Shown here piece by piece: positions 38,521 through 52,385 of a stretch of 64,000 nucleotides of DNA. The stretch covers positions 6,758,001-6,822,000 of the forward strand of contig OZ024764.1 of assembly GCA_964016885.1 (NCBI GenBank). The letters run 5' to 3'. The position numbers were made by a program, and so were the translations under genes. The stretch's first letter is position 1. The number at the start of each line of letters is the position of its first letter. This stretch comes from Eledone cirrhosa (lineage: Eukaryota). Under the pieces are notes generated by a model. The model ran no database searches. It was not told the DNA's origin and saw only the letters and a program-made list of their open reading frames with translations.

Positions 38521-38951
38521 TACGTGAATATGCGTGGCTTAGTGGTTATAGTGATCGGCTCACGGCCGGGTTCTGAGTCCTTCGGCAAGTCACTTTATTT
38601 TACGTGGCTCCAATGTACGCAGTTGTACCAGTAATTCAAACGTCCAGCCGGTGTCACTCTGAATCTCCCTGAGAACTAATTTTACGAGCAGGCTGTTCCG
38701 TTGATCGAAAAACTGGAACACTCTTAGTCGGAACCGACGGAGGACCATAACACATATACATACATATATATATCGACACAAACACACACACACATATATA
38801 TATATATATAACCAAATGTTAAACAAGGTTCATTGATTAATCAATGAATATAGTTTTACAATAGATTAGAAGCACTCAACAATTGGTTTTCTGGAATTAT
38901 TAATATTAATTCAAAATATTAATAAATGTAGACATTCACGTAATCAAAATA

Positions 38952-39017
38952 TATTTTATTATATATATTTCGGAGGTACTGTGCTGTTTTTTCAGTACGT
39001 CCTCATCAGATAAAATA
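38952..39017 (-). ncRNA. Minimal type I hammerhead (left arm of fold-back 38902-39378)
   Basis: Reverse complement of the motif at 39264-39329. Confidence 0.85.
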
Positions 39018-39263
39018 CATAAATTGATGTAGGAGAAAGTGTAGAAAAAATAAATACATAAATAAAATAACTACATAAACACATAAGTACATAAATGTTT
39101 ATTTATTTTTTCTACACTTTCTCCTACTCACCCTCTCCATTACATTTAGTGTGTCATGTCAGTACTCATAGTATATAAATATTGAGTTTTGTTGTAATTA
39201 ATCACTGCCAAGACTGGAATTGAACTATCAGCACAATTGAAGTATGTCATACATCAATTTTCG

Positions 39264-39329
39264 TATTTTATCTGATGAGGACGTACTGAAAAAACAGCAC
39301 AGTACCTCCGAAATATATATAATAAAATA
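39264..39329 (+). ncRNA. Minimal type I hammerhead (right arm of fold-back 38902-39378)
   Basis: TATTTTAT-CTGATGA-GGACGTACTG aaaaaacagca CAGTACCTCC-GAAA-T-ATAT-A-TA-ATAAAATA. Predicted cut after 39321. Confidence 0.85.
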
Positions 39330-40224
39330 TATTTTGATTACGTGAATGTCTACATTCATTAATATTTTGAATTAATATATATATATACAAGTTCCGGATC
39401 ACTGTCACTTAACTACACACATACACAACAAACGATGACGTATTAATTTGTTGTGTTACATGTAACGTAATCTTGCTTTATTATTTTTTTAATTTCGCTT
39501 ATCACCACCAGCAGCAGCAACAACAGCAGCACCACCACCATAATTGTTTTTACCCTGCAGTCTTTATTTCTTCTCCGTCCTCTGGGTGGGAGAAGCTGTG
39601 CAACCACAGCACTAATATATCCTCTCACTGCCTCTCAACCTCACTGGACATTCTTTATACCATACGTAAGGGGCCTTTTTATTTTCTTCAACAACACACC
39701 CCAATTATCTCCCCTTTTTCTTCTCCCTACGAAGTTTTTTGTTTACCACCCCTACAAACATATATATATATATACATATGTATATATATATATATACATA
39801 CATACAATATAAATAGATGTATGTATAAGGTGTATATATATAACATAACGTACGACATTCATATATAACATCACGTATACATCGTACTCATATATACACG
39901 CATATATATCTAGCGTGTATATAATTATATATATATAAGACACTATACAGGACACTACCAAACACACGTGTAAATATATATACTATATATATATAAAGTT
40001 CTACGTATATATATATTTATATAAAGTTCTACGTATATATATATTTATATAAAGTTCTACGTATATATATTTATATATATGTAAAGTTCTGCATATATAT
40101 ATATTTATATATATATATAAAGTTCTGCGCATATATATATATATATATAAAGTTCTGCGTATATATATATATATATTTGTGTGTGTGTATATATATAAGC
40201 ACATGTATGTATATTAAAGAGAAA

Positions 40225-40268
40225 GGAGAGGAAGTGAGATACCCGGATTACAGGACACGAGTGGCGGG
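40225..40268 (+). promoter_or_regulatory. Putative makorin proximal promoter / 5' UTR with an ETS-like GGAAGT
   Basis: GAGGAAGTG and a locally CpG-richer patch just upstream of the ATG at 40269. Positional inference only. Confidence 0.35.
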
Positions 40269-40342
40269 ATGGCAAGTGCAGCTGTGGTCGAGAAGGGCTG
40301 CGATGCTGGAAGCTCGGCTTCCAACAAAGCTGTTATTTGCAA
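40269..40342 (+). CDS. MKRN: Makorin E3 ligase, coding exon 1
   Basis: MASAAVVEKGCDAGSSASNKAVIC(K), donor AA|gtaagt. The phase 2 join supplies the first Cys of CCCH finger 1 (AVICKYFINGVC). Confidence 0.85.
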
Positions 40343-40382
40343 GTAAGTTCACATATCTTTTTGTTTGAAAATAATCAACAAC

Positions 40383-41700
40383 ACCTTCACACTACCATGC
40401 GGTGGTTATTTACTCCTTACATCCCTCCATGTGGGCCCAGATCGAACAGAAAGTTTCTACTATCAACAAAGTTCCCAAAGTTCCCAAAAGACACCATCAC
40501 ACTACCTTGCGGTGGTTATTTACTTTCTAAATCCCTCCATGTGGGCCCAGATCGAACAGAAAGTCTCTACTATCACCAAAGTTCCCAAAAGACACCTTCA
40601 CACTGCCTTGGGGTCGTTATTTACACCCTAAATCCCTCCATGTGGGCCCAGATCGAACAGAAAGTCTCTACTATCACCAAAGTTCCCAAAAGACACCTTC
40701 ACACTACCTTGGGGTCGTTATTTACACCCTAAATCCCTCCATGTGGGCCCAGATCGAACAAAAAGTTTCTACTATCACCAAAGTTCCCCAAAGACACCAT
40801 CACACTACCTTGCGGTGGTTATTTACTCCCTAAATTCCTCCTTGTGGGCCCAGATCGAACAGAAAGTCTTCACTTTCACGGAAGTTCCTTCTAGTCAGCC
40901 ATCACACTACCTTGCAGTGGTTATTTACTTCCTAAATCTCTCCATGTGGGCCCAGATCGAACAAAAAGTTTCTACTATCACCAAAGTTCCCCAAAGACAC
41001 CATCACACTACCTTGCGGTGGTTATTTACTCCCTAAATTCCTCCATGTGGGCCCAGATCGAACAGAAAGTCTTCACTACCACTGAAGTTCCTTCTAGTCA
41101 GCCATCACACTACCTTGCGGTTTAAATCCCTCTATGTAGGCCCTGACCGAGTATAATGACCTTACTATCTTCAGAGATCTCATATACAAAATTTACTACC
41201 TTGTGGTTGTTTCGTCCCTACATTGCGCTACGTAGGCTTGACTGAGCAGAACGACCTTACTATCATCGAAGTTCCCATGTACAAAAGTTACTTCCTTTAG
41301 ACATATATCATCCTACCTTGCCGTTATTTAGTCCTAACATCCCTCTATGTGGGCCCTGGCCTAGTACAATGACCTTAGTTATCTGTCATAACTACCTTGG
41401 GGTGGATATTTAGTCCCTATATCGCTCTATATGGGCCCAGATCGAGCAGAAGGACCGTAGTCATCTATCATTATTACCTTTACGATCTGAGTTCAAATCC
41501 CGCCGAGGTTGACTTTGCCTTTCACCCTTACGGGGTCGATAAAATAAAGTACCAGTAATGCACTGGGTATTTGCTGGCCTTGTGCCAAAAGTAGAAACAA
41601 TTATTACCTTGCAGTGGTGGTTTAGTCCCTACCTTACTTCATATGGGCCCTGATCGAGTAGAAGGACCTTAATACCATCAAACCTCCCATTTATAAAACT
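40383..41700. repeat. Approximately 101-110 bp imperfect tandem repeat decaying rightwards
   Basis: CCCTCCATGTGGGCCCAGATCGAACAGAAAG...CACACTACCTTGCGGTGGTTATTTAC. Interrupted by a family B SINE at 41477-41605. Confidence 0.9.
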
Positions 41701-42553
41701 TACTTCCGTCTTTATGATACCTTGTTGTGATCAAACCACCTGTGAATCATCCCTTGTTCTATGATACAAAACTTTACTTTAAAGTGTTTATATTTATGTA
41801 ATAACCTTTGTTAAGTTATGTTCCAAACACCAGCAGTGTCTTTCATTTGAAATATGGTAATGAAAGGGTTAATCACTCCCATGGGGACCCTAATCTATTG
41901 GAAAGATCCTTATATATATATATATATGTATATATAGCTGTGGAAATGAGATGATAGGGACTGGGGTCCCTATCATTCCACTGCAAAGTGGTCGTGGAGG
42001 TGCCACGGCAAAAAAAGCACCCAGCAAGAGCATCCAGCTGTAGAAATCAAGCCAGAATCAGTTCCCGTCCCACTCTTGCAAGCAGGGAAAAGCGGACGTA
42101 AAATGATGATGATGATGATATATATATATATATATATATTGTGTGTGCGTATGCACACGTTTGGGGATATGTATGTATATATAAATGTGTGTATATGTGT
42201 ATATAGGAACATATTCAATGTGTCCTTCGTGTTCTAAGACAGTAGAGGGTGTTTTCATGTAGATTTGGCTGTTGTTTCTACACCAGGACAGGCGACCGCA
42301 TAACAGTCACCCATCATGGCTTGAGTTTGCCCAACTTGTGTGTATTTGTGTATATATACACATACATACATTCACACCTATACACACACACACACATATA
42401 CATATTTGTTTACTGGGTCCAGCCATTAGACTAAGTTCATGCTGGGGCACTGCTTTGATTTAGTCAACCATGTCGTCTCGAGTACTTATAATTATTTTTC
42501 GAGTTCATTATACACATTTTGTTGATCGCTTTGTTGTCGAAGCGCCAAGTTAC

Positions 42554-42629
<76 letters not shown>

Positions 42630-42633
<4 letters not shown>

Positions 42634-42775
42634 CCGTTATAACGAATATCATTATAACGCATTTTTCAGTAAAACGAAATTTTTTTTTCAATCCTCTGCT
42701 ACACTCGATCTATTAGGTCGATCTCGTTACAACGAAAAATTTTTATATCCCGTGATTTTCGTTATAAGGGAATTT
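42630..42775. mobile_element. Short MITE remnant between (TA)n tracts
   Basis: AATTCCGTTATAACGA ... TCGTTATAAGGGAATT inverted ends. Confidence 0.6.
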
Positions 42776-42853
<78 letters not shown>

Positions 42854-42923
42854 TATATATATATACACACACACATATATATATACCACACACCTGTATA
42901 TATACACACACATATATAATAAT

Positions 42924-43260
42924 GGAGGCACATGGCTTAGTGGTTAGAGCATTGGCCTTGCAATCGAAAGGTTGTGAGTTCAATTCTCAGACCAAGTGAT
43001 GTGTTGTTTCCTTGAGCAAGACACTTTATTTCACATTGCTCCAGTTTACTCAGCTGTAGAAATGAGATGATAGGGACTGGGGTCCCTATCATTCCACTGT
43101 AAAGTGGTCGTGGAGGTGCCACGGCAAAAAAGCACCCAGCACTCACTGTAAATGAGGTTGGTGTTAGGAAGGGCATCCAGCTGTAGAAATCAAGCCAGAG
43201 CCAGTTCCCGTCCCACCCTTGCAAGCAGGGAAATGCGGACGTAAAATGATGATGATGATG
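42924..43260 (+). mobile_element. tRNA-derived SINE (family A)
   Basis: A/B boxes and consensus body. Confidence 0.9.
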
Positions 43261-43401
43261 AAATATGTGTGTGTGTATGTATAAACTCTTGACCTAATAT
43301 CTATATACACAATATATACCATGAATGTATGTATGTGTATATATGCCTATAGGTGTGTATGTGTTTATATTTAAACATCTGCTCTAAAAGGAAATGTCAG
43401 T

Positions 43402-43981
43402 CCACCATCACCAACACAACCACTACCACCACAACAGCCACCAACTAACCACTACCACTACCACCACAACAGCCACCAACTAACCACTACCACCACAGCC
43501 ACCATCTAACCACTACCACCACCACAACCACTGCCACCAACTTACCACTACCACCACAACAGCCACCAACAAACCACTACCACTACCACCTCCACCACAG
43601 CCACTATCTAACCACTACCACCTCCACAACCACTGCCACCAACATACCACTACCACCACAACAGCCACCACTACCATCACCACAACCACTACCACTACCA
43701 CCACCACAACAACAGCCACCAACTAACCACTGCCACAATCACTACCACCACCTCAGCCACCACCACAACCACCTCAGCCACCAACACAACCACTACTACC
43801 ACCACAACCACCATCTCAGCCAACACAACCACTACCACAACAGGAGCAACCATCACAACCACCACAGCCACTACCACCACAACAACCATCATCTCCAGAA
43901 CAACTACCACCTCAACAGCCACTACCATCACAATTATCACCTACATAACCATCACCCCCATAACTGCCACCACCACCACCA
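43402..43981. repeat. (ACC/ACT)n low-complexity tract
   Basis: Direct inspection. Confidence 0.9.
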
Positions 43982-44182
43982 TTAATATACCCTTCACATG
44001 GTGTATGAAAAATCCCTCCTCTCGCAATCAGCAATTTCCATTGTCTGTAGACCAGGCTTAAAAGTTTGACAATGCTTGACCTTTTGAAGTTAACTGTTAT
44101 CTTTTGCCAGTCACATCTGTATCATTATCATAACCACATGCCCATAAAATGTCTCGATTCTTTCCGGAGACATTCTATGGGT

Positions 44183-46225
44183 ATGTGGTTAGAATGCCTC
44201 AGGAAAGAATCTCTGAATTGAGAGACCACAGCTCTGATACTACAGACATGTGGTTAGAATGTCTCAGGAAAGAATCTCTGAATTGAGAGATCACAGCTCT
44301 GATACTACAGACATGTGGTTAGAATGTCTGAGGAAAGAATCTCTGAATTGAGAGATCACGGCTCTGATACTACAGACATGTGGTTAGAATGTCTCAGGAA
44401 AGAATCTCTGAATTGAGAGACCACAGCTCTGATACTACAGACATGTGGTTAGAATGTCTGAGGAAAGAACCTCTGAATTGAGAGATCACAGCTCTGATAC
44501 TACAGACATGTGGTTAGAATGTCTGAGGAAAGAATCTCTGAATTGAGAGATCACAGCTCTGATACTACAGACATGTGGTTAGAATGTCTGAGGAAAGAAT
44601 CTCTGAATTGAGAGATCACAGCTCTGATACTACAGACATGTGGTTAGAATGTCTCAGGAAAGAATCTCTGAATTGAGAGACCACAGCTCTGATACTACAG
44701 ACATGTGGTTAGAATGTCTGAGGAAAGAATCTCTGAATTGAGAGATCACGGCTCTGATACTACAGACATGTGGTTAGAATGTCTCAGGAAAGAATCTCTG
44801 AATTGAGAGACCACAGCTCTGATACTACAGACATGTGGTTAGAATGTCTGAGGAAAGAACCTCTGAATTGAGAGATCACAGCTCTGATACTACAGACATG
44901 TGGTTAGAATGTCTGAGGAAAGAATCTCTGAATTGAGAGATCACAGCTCTGATACTACAGACATGTGGTTAGAATGTCTCAGGAAAGAATCTCTGAATTG
45001 AGAGATCACAGCTCTGATACTACAGACATGTGGTTAGAATGTCTGAGGAAAGAATCTCTGAATTGAGAGATCACAGCTCTGATACTACAGACATGTGGTT
45101 AGAATGTCTGAGGAAAGAATCTCTGAATTGAGAGATCACAGCTCTGATACTACAGACATGTGGTTAGAATGTCTGAGGAAAGAATCTCTGAATTGAGAGA
45201 TCACAGCTCTGATACTACAGACATGTGGTTAGAATGTCTGAGGAAAGAATCTTTGAATTGAGAGACCACAGCTCTGATACTACAGACATGTGGTTAGAAT
45301 GTCTGAGGAAAGAATCTCTGAATTGAGAGATCACGGCTCTGATACTACAGACATGTGGTTAGAATGTCTCAGGAAAGAATCTCTGAATTGAGAGACCACA
45401 GCTCTGATACTACAGACATGTGGTTAGAATGTCTGAGGAAAGAACCTCTGAATTGAGAGATCACAGCTCTGATACTACAGACATGTGGTTAGAATGTCTG
45501 AGGAAAGAATCTCTGAATTGAGAGATCACGGCTCTGATACTACAGACATGTGGTTAGAATGTCTCAGGAAAGAATCTCTGAATTGAGAGACCACAGCTCT
45601 GATACTACAGACATGTGGTTAGAATGTCTGAGGAAAGAATCTCTGAATTGAGAGATCACAGCTCTGATACTACAGACATGTGGTTAGAATGTCTGAGGAA
45701 AGAATCTCTGAATTGAGAGACCACAGCTCTGATACTACAGACATGTGGTTAGAATGTCTCAGGAAAGAATCTCTGAATTGAGAGACCACAGCTCTGATAC
45801 TACAGACATGTGGTTAGAATGTCTCGGGAAAGAATCTCTGAATTGAGAGATCACAGCTCTGATACTACAGACATGTGGTTAGAATGTCTGAGGAAAGAAT
45901 CTCTGAATTGAGAGACCACAGCTCTGATACTACAGACATGTGGTTAGAATGTCTGAGGAAAGAATCTCGGAATTGAGAGACCACAGCTCTGATACTACAG
46001 ACATGTGGTTAGAATGTCTCAGGAAAGAATCTCTGAATTGAGAGATCACAGCTCTGATACTACAGACATGTGGTTAGAATGTCTGAGGAAAGAATCTCTG
46101 AATTGAGAGACCACAGCTCTGATACTACAGACATGTGGTTAGAATGTCTGAGGAAAGAATCTCGGAATTGAGAGACCACAGCTCTGATACTACAGACATG
46201 TGGTTAGAATGTCTCAGGAAAGAAT
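44183..46225 (+). repeat. 65 bp satellite (about 31 units) derived from RTE LINE coding sequence
   Basis: Period 65. The unit translates as L*IERSQL*YYRHVVRMSQER and runs straight into IAGQILRAKPIGRRPRGRPHARWLDNI. Confidence 0.95.
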
Positions 46226-46682
46226 TGCTGGACAGATTTTACGGGCAAAACCAATAGGTAGGAGACCCAGGGGTAGACCCCACGCAAGATGGTTGGATAA
46301 CATCCATGAGCTTTATATTACTCTATATATACTATTGTATTTTCACAGTAAAGGCTTTACCTCACATAATATCTCACATAACATTTACAGTACTCTATAT
46401 ATACTATTGTATTGTCACAGTAAAGGCTTTACCTCACATAACATTTACATTACTCTATATATACTATTGTATTTTCACAGTAAAGGCTTTACCTCACATA
46501 TCAAATCTATGAGATTTTGATATTATTTATTTTGAGAACACTACCTTAACATAAGCATGGGCGGCTGGTTACAGCTGGTTTGAACTGAAAGAGGTGATAG
46601 AATTCTGGCCGGATATGGCCAGTTTAATGTATTATTTTGTAAACCCTTTGTAACTAATAAAGAAATGATTATTATTTTCCAG

Positions 46683-46811
46683 ATATTTTATAAATGGTGT
46701 ATGTCGAGAAGGTAAAACCTGCCGCTACTCCCATAATCAGGAATCTGCGTCTCCTGATATGGTCTGTCGATATTACCTCTATGGTTGTTGTTCATATGGA
46801 TCAATGTGCCG
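46683..46811 (+). CDS. MKRN: Makorin coding exon 2 (CCCH fingers 1-2)
   Basis: YFINGVCREGKTCRYSHNQESASPDMVCRYYLYGCCSYGSMC(R). ttttccag acceptor, CG|gtaata donor. Confidence 0.93.
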
Positions 46812-46821
46812 GTAATATAGC

Positions 46822-48712
46822 TTTTGTTGTGGTTGTGGTAGTAGTGGTGGTGTTGTTGTGGTAGTAGTGTTGTTGTTGTGGTAGTAGTGTTGGTGGCGGT
46901 GTTGTGGTAGTGGTGGTGGTTGTGGTAGTAGTGTGGGTGGTGGTGGTGTTGTTGTGGTAGTGGTGGTGGCTGTGGTAGTAGTGTGGGTTGTGGTGGTGTT
47001 GTTGTGGTAGTGGTGGTGGTGGTGGTGGTGGTGGTGTTGTGGTAGTAGTGGTGTTGTTGTGGTAGTAGTGTTGGTGGCGGTGTTGTGGTAGTGGTGGTGG
47101 TTGTGGTAGTAGTGGGGGTGGTGGTGGTGTTGTTGTGGTAGTGGTGGTGGCTGTGGTAGTAGTGTGGGTTGTGGTGGTGTTGTTGTGGTAGTGGTGGTGG
47201 TGGTGTTGTGGTAGTAGTGGTGTTGTTGTGGTAGTAGTGTTGGTGGCGGTGTTGTGGTAGTGGTGGTGGTTGTGGTAGTAGTGTGGGTGGTGGTGGTGTT
47301 GTGGTAGTGGTGGTGGTTGTGGTAGTAGTGTGGGTTGTGGTGGTGTTGTTGTGGTAGTAGTGGTGGTGGTGGTGGTGGTGTTGTTGTGGTAGTAGTGGTG
47401 TTGTTGTGGTAGTAGTGTTGTTGGCGGTGTTGTGGTAGTGGTGGTGGTTGTGGTAGTAGTGTTGGTTGTGGTGGTGTTGTTGTGGTAGTAGTGGTGGTGG
47501 TGGTGGTGGTCTTGTTGTGGTAGTAGTGGTGTTGTTGTGGTAGTAGTGGTGTTGTTGTGGTAGTAGTGTTGGTGGCGGTGTTGTGGTAGTGGTGGTGGTT
47601 GTGGTAGTAGTGTGGGTGGTGGTGGTGTTGTAGTGGTGGTGGTTGTGGTAGTAGTGTGGGTGGTGGTGGTAGTAGTGTTGGTGGTGGTTGTTGTGGTAGT
47701 GGTGGTGGTTGTGGTAGTAGTGGTGGTTGTGGTAGTAGTGTTGGTGGTGGTGGTAGTTGTGCTTGTAGTCATGGTTGTTGTGTTGGTCGTGGTGGTGGTG
47801 CTTGTAGTCATGGTTGTTGTGGTTGTGGTAGTAGTGTTGGTCGTGGTGGTGGTGGTTGTGCTTGTAGTCATGGTAGTAGTGTTGGTTGTGGTTGTAGTGG
47901 TGGTGGTGGTTGTGCTTGTAGTCATGGTTGTTGTGGTTGTAGTGGTGGTGGTGGTGGTGGATGCCGTGATGGTGATGGTGGTTGTTGTGGTGTGGTGGTT
48001 GTTGTGGTGGTTGTGGTCGTGGTTGTTGTGGCTGTTGTGATGGTGGTAGTGGTGGTGGTGTTGATTGTGGTTGTTGTGGTGTTGGTCATGGTGGCTGTGG
48101 CTGTAGTAGTGGTGGTTACGGTGGTCTTGTGGCTGTAGTGGTGTTGGTTGTGGTTGTTGGGGCTGTAGTGGTGTTGATTGTGATGGTTGTTATTGTTTAG
48201 CTCCAGTCAAGTCCTGATCCAGTAGACCTATGATGAAAACTGTGGTACAGTGTGGTGTGGTGTAGTGTAGTGTGGGGTAGTGTAGTGCAGTGTGGTGTGG
48301 TGCAGTGTAGTGTGGTGCAGTGCGGTGTGGTGTAGTGCAGTGCGGTGTGGTGTGGTGTGGGGTAGTGTAGTGTGGTGCAGTGTAGTGTGGTGTGGTGTGG
48401 TGTGGTGTGGTGTAGTGCAGTGCAGTGCAGTGTAGTGTAGTGCAGTGCGGTGTGTGGTAGTGTTGTGTGGTGTGGTGTAGTTTTGTGGTACAGTGTGGTG
48501 TGGTGTGGTGTTGTGCAGTGTAGTGTAGTGCAGTGCGGTGTGGGGTAGTGTTGTGTGGTGTGGTGTAGTTTTGTGGTACAGTGTGGTGTGGTGTGGTGTT
48601 GTGCAGTGCGGTGTGGTGTGTAGTGTTGTGGTACAGTGCGGTGTGGTGTAGTGTAGTGCAGTGCGGTGTGGTGTGGTGTAGTTTTCTGGTACAGTGTAGT
48701 GTGGTGTGTAGT
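46822..48712. repeat. (GGT/TGT/AGT)n then (GTGTG/GTAGT)n low-complexity intron
   Basis: Direct inspection. Confidence 0.95.
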
Positions 48713-48747
48713 GAACAAATTATATATTTTTCTTTGTTCTCTTTCAG

Positions 48748-49154
48748 ATACGACCATGTGAAACCGAAGGGGAACAGTGGCACCACAGGTCCCCACCCCT
48801 CAGCCACTAAACAGACCACAACACTACCACCACTACCACCCACTTCGAAGCGGGGAAGTGCCGCCCCTCCCCTCCCGTTGCCTCCACACCAGCAGGCTGC
48901 TGCCTCGACACTTTCACCGGTCGCTCCACAGAACGGCTTCTGTCGGCCGAACCCAATTGGCTGGGAGCTGGGTCAGTTGGACCAGCGGCACAGTGGCACC
49001 CCTGACGACAACGACACCCGCTCTTCTGTGCCATGGAGCACCGCCCCGTCAACCAGTGACAAGGTGATCCTGAGGGGTGGTCGCATCAAGACGAAGGCAG
49101 ACTGGGCCAAGGACTCGCAGGAATTTGTGCCACGGAAACCCATCAGTGCTCCAA
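48748..49154 (+). CDS. MKRN: Makorin coding exon 3 (end of finger 2, linker, PAM2-like motif)
   Basis: (R)YDHVKP...ADWAKDSQEFVPRKPISAP. ctttcag acceptor, A|gtaaga donor. W...EFVP resembles the makorin PAM2-like motif. Confidence 0.88.
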
Positions 49155-49572
49155 GTAAGATGGCGTCACTCTACAGAGAGAGAAGGAAACGAGGAAAATT
49201 CCTCTCTCTCTCCCTCTCTTTCTCTTCCTCTCCCTTTCCCTCTCTGTCACCCCCTCTCTCCCTCCCTCTCTCCCCCTCTATTTGGCCTCCCCTGCTTCTT
49301 TCTCCCTCTCTTACTTCCTCCTCTCCCTGTCCTCCCACCCTCTCTCCATGCTTCCCTCTCCGTGTCCCCCCTCTCTTTCTCTCCCTCTCCCTTTCCCCTC
49401 TCTTTCTCTCTCTCTCCCTTTCCCCTCTCTGTCACCCTCTCTCTCTTCCTGCTTCTCTCTCCCTCTCTCACTTCCCCCTCTCCCTGCCCCTTTCTCCCCC
49501 CTTCCCTCTCTGTCACCCCCCGCCTCTCTTTTTTTTCGTTTTTATTTGTATGGTGTTGTATTAGTATGTTTA

Positions 49573-52045
49573 TTGCCCATGTCTCACTACCATGGAACAC
49601 TACACACCTCCATCACACAGCATCATATACCATATATATAGTGGTAGAACACTGGGCAGTTATATCTGTAGCAGTAGAGCACACAGTCCATGGTACGAGT
49701 CCCACATGTCTCACTACCATGGAACACTACACACCTCCATCACACAGCATCATATACCATATATATAGTGGTAGAACACTGGGCAGTTATATCTGTAGCA
49801 GTAGAGCACACAGTCCATGTTATGAGTCCCACATGTCTCACTACCATGGAACACTACACACCTGCATCACACAGCATCATATACCATATATATAGTGGTA
49901 GAACACTGGGCAGTTACATCTGTAGCAGTAGAGCACACAGTCCATGGTATGAGTCCCACATGTCTCACTACCATGGAACACTACACACCTGCATCACACA
50001 GCATCATATACCATATATATAGTGGTAGAACACTGGGCAGTTATATCTGTAGCAGTAGAGCACACAGTCCATGGTATGAGTCCCACATGTCTCACTACCA
50101 TGGAACACTACACACAGCATCATATACCATATATATAGTGGTAGAACACTGGGCAGTTATATCTGTAGCAGTAGAGCACACAGTCCATGGTATGAGTCCC
50201 ACATGTTTCACTACCATGGAACACTACACACAGCATCATATACCATATATATAGTGGTAGAACACTGGGCAGTTATATCTGTAGCAGTAGAGCACACAGT
50301 CCATGGTATGAGTCCCACATGTCTCACTACCATGGAACACTACACACAGCATCATATACCATATATATAGTGGTAGAACACTGGGCAGTTATATCTGTAG
50401 CAGTAGAGCACACAGTCCATGGTATGAGTCCCACATGTCTCACTACCATGGAACACTACACACAGCATCATATACCATATATATAGTGGTAGAACACTGG
50501 GCAGTTATATCTGTAGCAGTAGAGCACACAGTCCATGGTATGAGTCCCACATGTTTCACTACCATGGAACACTACACACAGCATCATATACCATATATAT
50601 AGTGGTAGAACACTGGGCAGTTATATCTGTAGCAGTAGAGCACACAGTCCATGGTACGAGTCCCACATGTTTCACTACCATGGAACACTACACACAGCAT
50701 CATATACCATATATATAGTGGTAGAACACTGGGCAGTTATATCTGTAGCAGTAGAGCACACAGTCCATGTTATGAGTCCCACATGTCTCACTACCATGGA
50801 ACACTACACACCTGCATCACACAGCATCATATACCATATATATAGTGGTAGAACACTGGGCAGTTATATCTGTAGCAGTAGAGCACACAGTCCATGGTAT
50901 GAGTCCCACATGTTTCACTACCATGGAACACTACACACAGCATCATATACCATATATATAGTGGTAGAACACTGGGCAGTTATATCTGTAGCAGTAGAGC
51001 ACACAGTCCATGGTACGAGTCCCACATGTCTCACTACCATGGAACACTACACACCTGCATCACACAGCATCATATACCATATATATAGTGGTAGAACACT
51101 GGGCAGTTACATCTGTAGCAGTAGAGCACACAGTCCATGGTATGAGTCCCACATGTCTCACTACCATGGAACACTACACACCTGCATCACACAGCATCAT
51201 ATACCATATATATAGTGGTAGAACACTGGGCAGTTATATCTGTAGCAGTAGAGCACACAGTCCATGGTACGAGTCCCACATGTTTCACTACCATGGAACA
51301 CTACACACCTGCATCACACAGCATCATATACCATATATATAGTGGTAGAACACTGGGCAGTTATATCTGTAGCAGTAGAGCACACAGTCCATGGTATGAG
51401 TCCCACATGTTTCACTACCATGGAACACTACACACCTGCATCACACAGCATCATATACCATATATATAGTGGTAGAACACTGGGCAGTTATATCTGTAGC
51501 AGTAGAGCACACAGTCCATGGTATGAGTCCCACATGTTTCACTACCATGGAACACTACACACCTGCATCACACAGCATCATATACCATATATATAGTGGT
51601 AGAACACTGGGCAGTTACATCTGTAGCAGTAGAGCACACAGTCCATGGTATGAGTCCCACATGTCTCACTACCATGGAACACTACACACCTGCATCACAC
51701 AGCATCATATACCATATATATAGTGGTAGAACACTGGGCAGTTATATCTGTAGCAGTAGAGCACACAGTCCATGGTACGAGTCCCACATGTCTCACTACC
51801 ATGGAACACTACACACCTGCATCACACAGCATCATATACCATATATATAGTGGTAGAACACTGGGCAGTTATATCTGTAGCAGTAGAGCACACAGTCCAT
51901 GGTACGAGTCCCACATGTCTCACTACCATGGAACACTACACACCTCCATCACACAGCATCATATACCATATATATAGTGGTAGAACACTGGGCAGTTATA
52001 TCTGTAGCAGTAGAGCACACAGTCCATGGTATGAGTCCCACATGG
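49573..52045. repeat. 127 bp (116 bp variant) satellite, about 20 units
   Basis: Unit CATGTCTCACTACCATGGAACACTACACACCTGCATCACACAGCATCATATACC...GAGTCCCA. Some units lack 11 bp. Confidence 0.95.
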
Positions 52046-52385
52046 TTCACCTTGCAGATCTTTACATCAGACTCTGACAAGGGAAACGTATGCCCTTGAT
52101 ATCTTCATCATCATTGTTTAACATCTATCTTCCACGCTAGCATGGGTTAGACAGGAGTTGTCCCATTTGAGGCAAGATTAGTCGGGTGACTGTGTCTTGT
52201 TCGTATAGGACTATCTGGCAGGTTTTCTACGGTTGGATGCCCTTCCTAACACCAACCACATTTACAGGTAATGGTTAATTAATTGTTGTGGAACTAACTT
52301 CTATGTCATATAGTATAAATTTCCTGTAAGCTGACATTGGAAATTTATACTTTGGGTATGTCCCTATCTTATACATCAAATATTG

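Noticed and set aside
46801-48843. Long Thr/Val/His-rich ORFs (also 11558-12118, 15237-15780, 26732-27496 and 56334-57411)
   Set aside because: These are translations of microsatellite or minisatellite DNA with no domain signal.
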